Source: Gnetum montanum (Eukaryota > Plantae > Gnetophyta). Taken from it: a DNA stretch of 64,000 nucleotides. The stretch covers positions 24,525 to 88,524 of the forward strand of contig MNCI01002446.1 in NCBI GenBank assembly GCA_015680685.1, in the 5' to 3' direction. The stretch's first letter is position 1, and every line of letters begins with the position of its first letter. The position numbers and the translations under genes are program-made. Under the pieces are notes generated by a model, which made no database searches, was not told the DNA's origin, and saw nothing but the letters and a program-made list of their open reading frames with translations. This document shows positions 62,899 through 64,000 of this stretch, one piece after another.

Positions 62899-63110
62899 CT
62901 GTGAAAACCTAGTCTGGTGGCTTTCTCAAATGAAAGAAAATGCAGAGGACTGGTGGCAATCCATGTGGATTCCCTGTATAGTCTGATTTCAAACTCGGAC
63001 TCTTTGTGACTTACTGTGTACAAAGGCTTTTCCAATGCCTGCACCTGAACCTGCACCCACGAGTACATTATACATGTCGCTGCCGTAATTACAAATTTGC
63101 GTAAGTCCAT
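62899..63110 (-). CDS. SOUL heme-binding protein, exon 1 (signal-peptide-like N-terminus); the gene is probably disabled in exon 2
   Basis: MDLRKFVITAATCIMYSWVQVQVQA-LEKPLYTVSHKESEFEIRLYRESTW...SFEKATRLGFHR, followed by a GT donor. Confidence 0.88.
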
Positions 63111-64000
63111 TCTACCCTTCTCCACTGTGTTCCTGCGAGCACCGCCCCTAATCATATTCAAACCATAATATGTCTCCATCGGACAGTGCAACTCCATCCA
63201 TTTGCCTCCCACAAAAACGTTTTCAAAGGTAGACTACATGAACCACTTAATCACATGATATGTCCGCAAGAAATGTGCAACTCGTTTAATTTTGCTCCGG
63301 ACAGGAAAAGACGTCTTCAAAGGAAGGCTTAAAAAAGTTCAGGCAGGATGTGCATGTATAGGAATACCCGCATCTTTCTTACAAAATTTATATATATATA
63401 TATATGTGTATTTATTGGTGCATATAATAAAGTTTTTTTAATTGAACTGCATTATTTATGCTCCGAACAATGCCTTCAAGTTATCGTATAATGTCTTCTC
63501 CAGCCAGGCTTTCAAAACTTAAACACATCCATTTTTCTTAAAAAAAAATTTAAACGGCATAAAGTTGTGCAGATATATATTTATTGTTATAGATAATATT
63601 CTTTTTTGTTAGGACTTTAACAACAATGCTTGGTACAAAGCTTTAGGGTACTTGTGGTGCAAACACATGAGCATACCAACCAGCTAAAGCCCGCAATCTG
63701 CTCTCGATGATATCCCTGTGATCAATAGATGTTAAACCGCATATTGATTTCATTTTTCTCACAATTAATGTCACTTGTCTCTATATTTATTTGATCAAGA
63801 AGGGAAACCAATGTCATTAAAGTCAAAATAAAATTCGCTAAAAGCCTTGTAGACCATTAACTATTAAAATGTATTCTATGGATAATCTACCTTGGATGCC
63901 ATTGGAAGTCATATTTTTCATTAAAATAGTGAAAGTGAGGTTATAGAAAAACCTAAAACATAATTGATACTATGTGAAAATGAAATTGGTATCTATTATA

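Noticed and set aside
63111-63212. 34-aa N-terminal extension of the SOUL ORF in the track
   Set aside because: It starts at a GTG, and the ATG at 63110 places a signal-peptide-like segment at the N-terminus and gives a typical length.

Overview
Nuclear DNA from a large-genome land plant; the TE types and giant intron suggest a fern, lycophyte or gymnosperm, which is inference only. Two host genes are recognisable. One is an intact intronless calmodulin-like gene of the CML17/18 type (3553-4083, +). The other is a two-exon SOUL/heme-binding gene (minus strand, 63110 to 31658) with a 30.8-kb TE-filled intron and two in-frame stops in exon 2, so it is probably a recent pseudogene. The rest is nested, mostly decayed retroelements: OTA-type (Athila/Tat/Ogre) and chromovirus Ty3/gypsy, a young internally deleted Tnt1/Tork-like Ty1/copia, L1, RTE and a third LINE clade, tRNA-derived SINEs, and a 2.2-kb endogenous caulimovirid pol fragment lying antisense inside a gypsy gag. 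The most unusual signal is in two divergent L1 LINEs. Both lack a recognisable C-terminal RNase H and instead continue ORF2, after the zf-RVT finger, into a shared ~220-aa domain that resembles the Plant Mobile Domain / Transposase_32 family normally seen in gypsy accessory ORFs and MAIN/MAIL1. All domain calls are by-eye motif recognition, not database searches.
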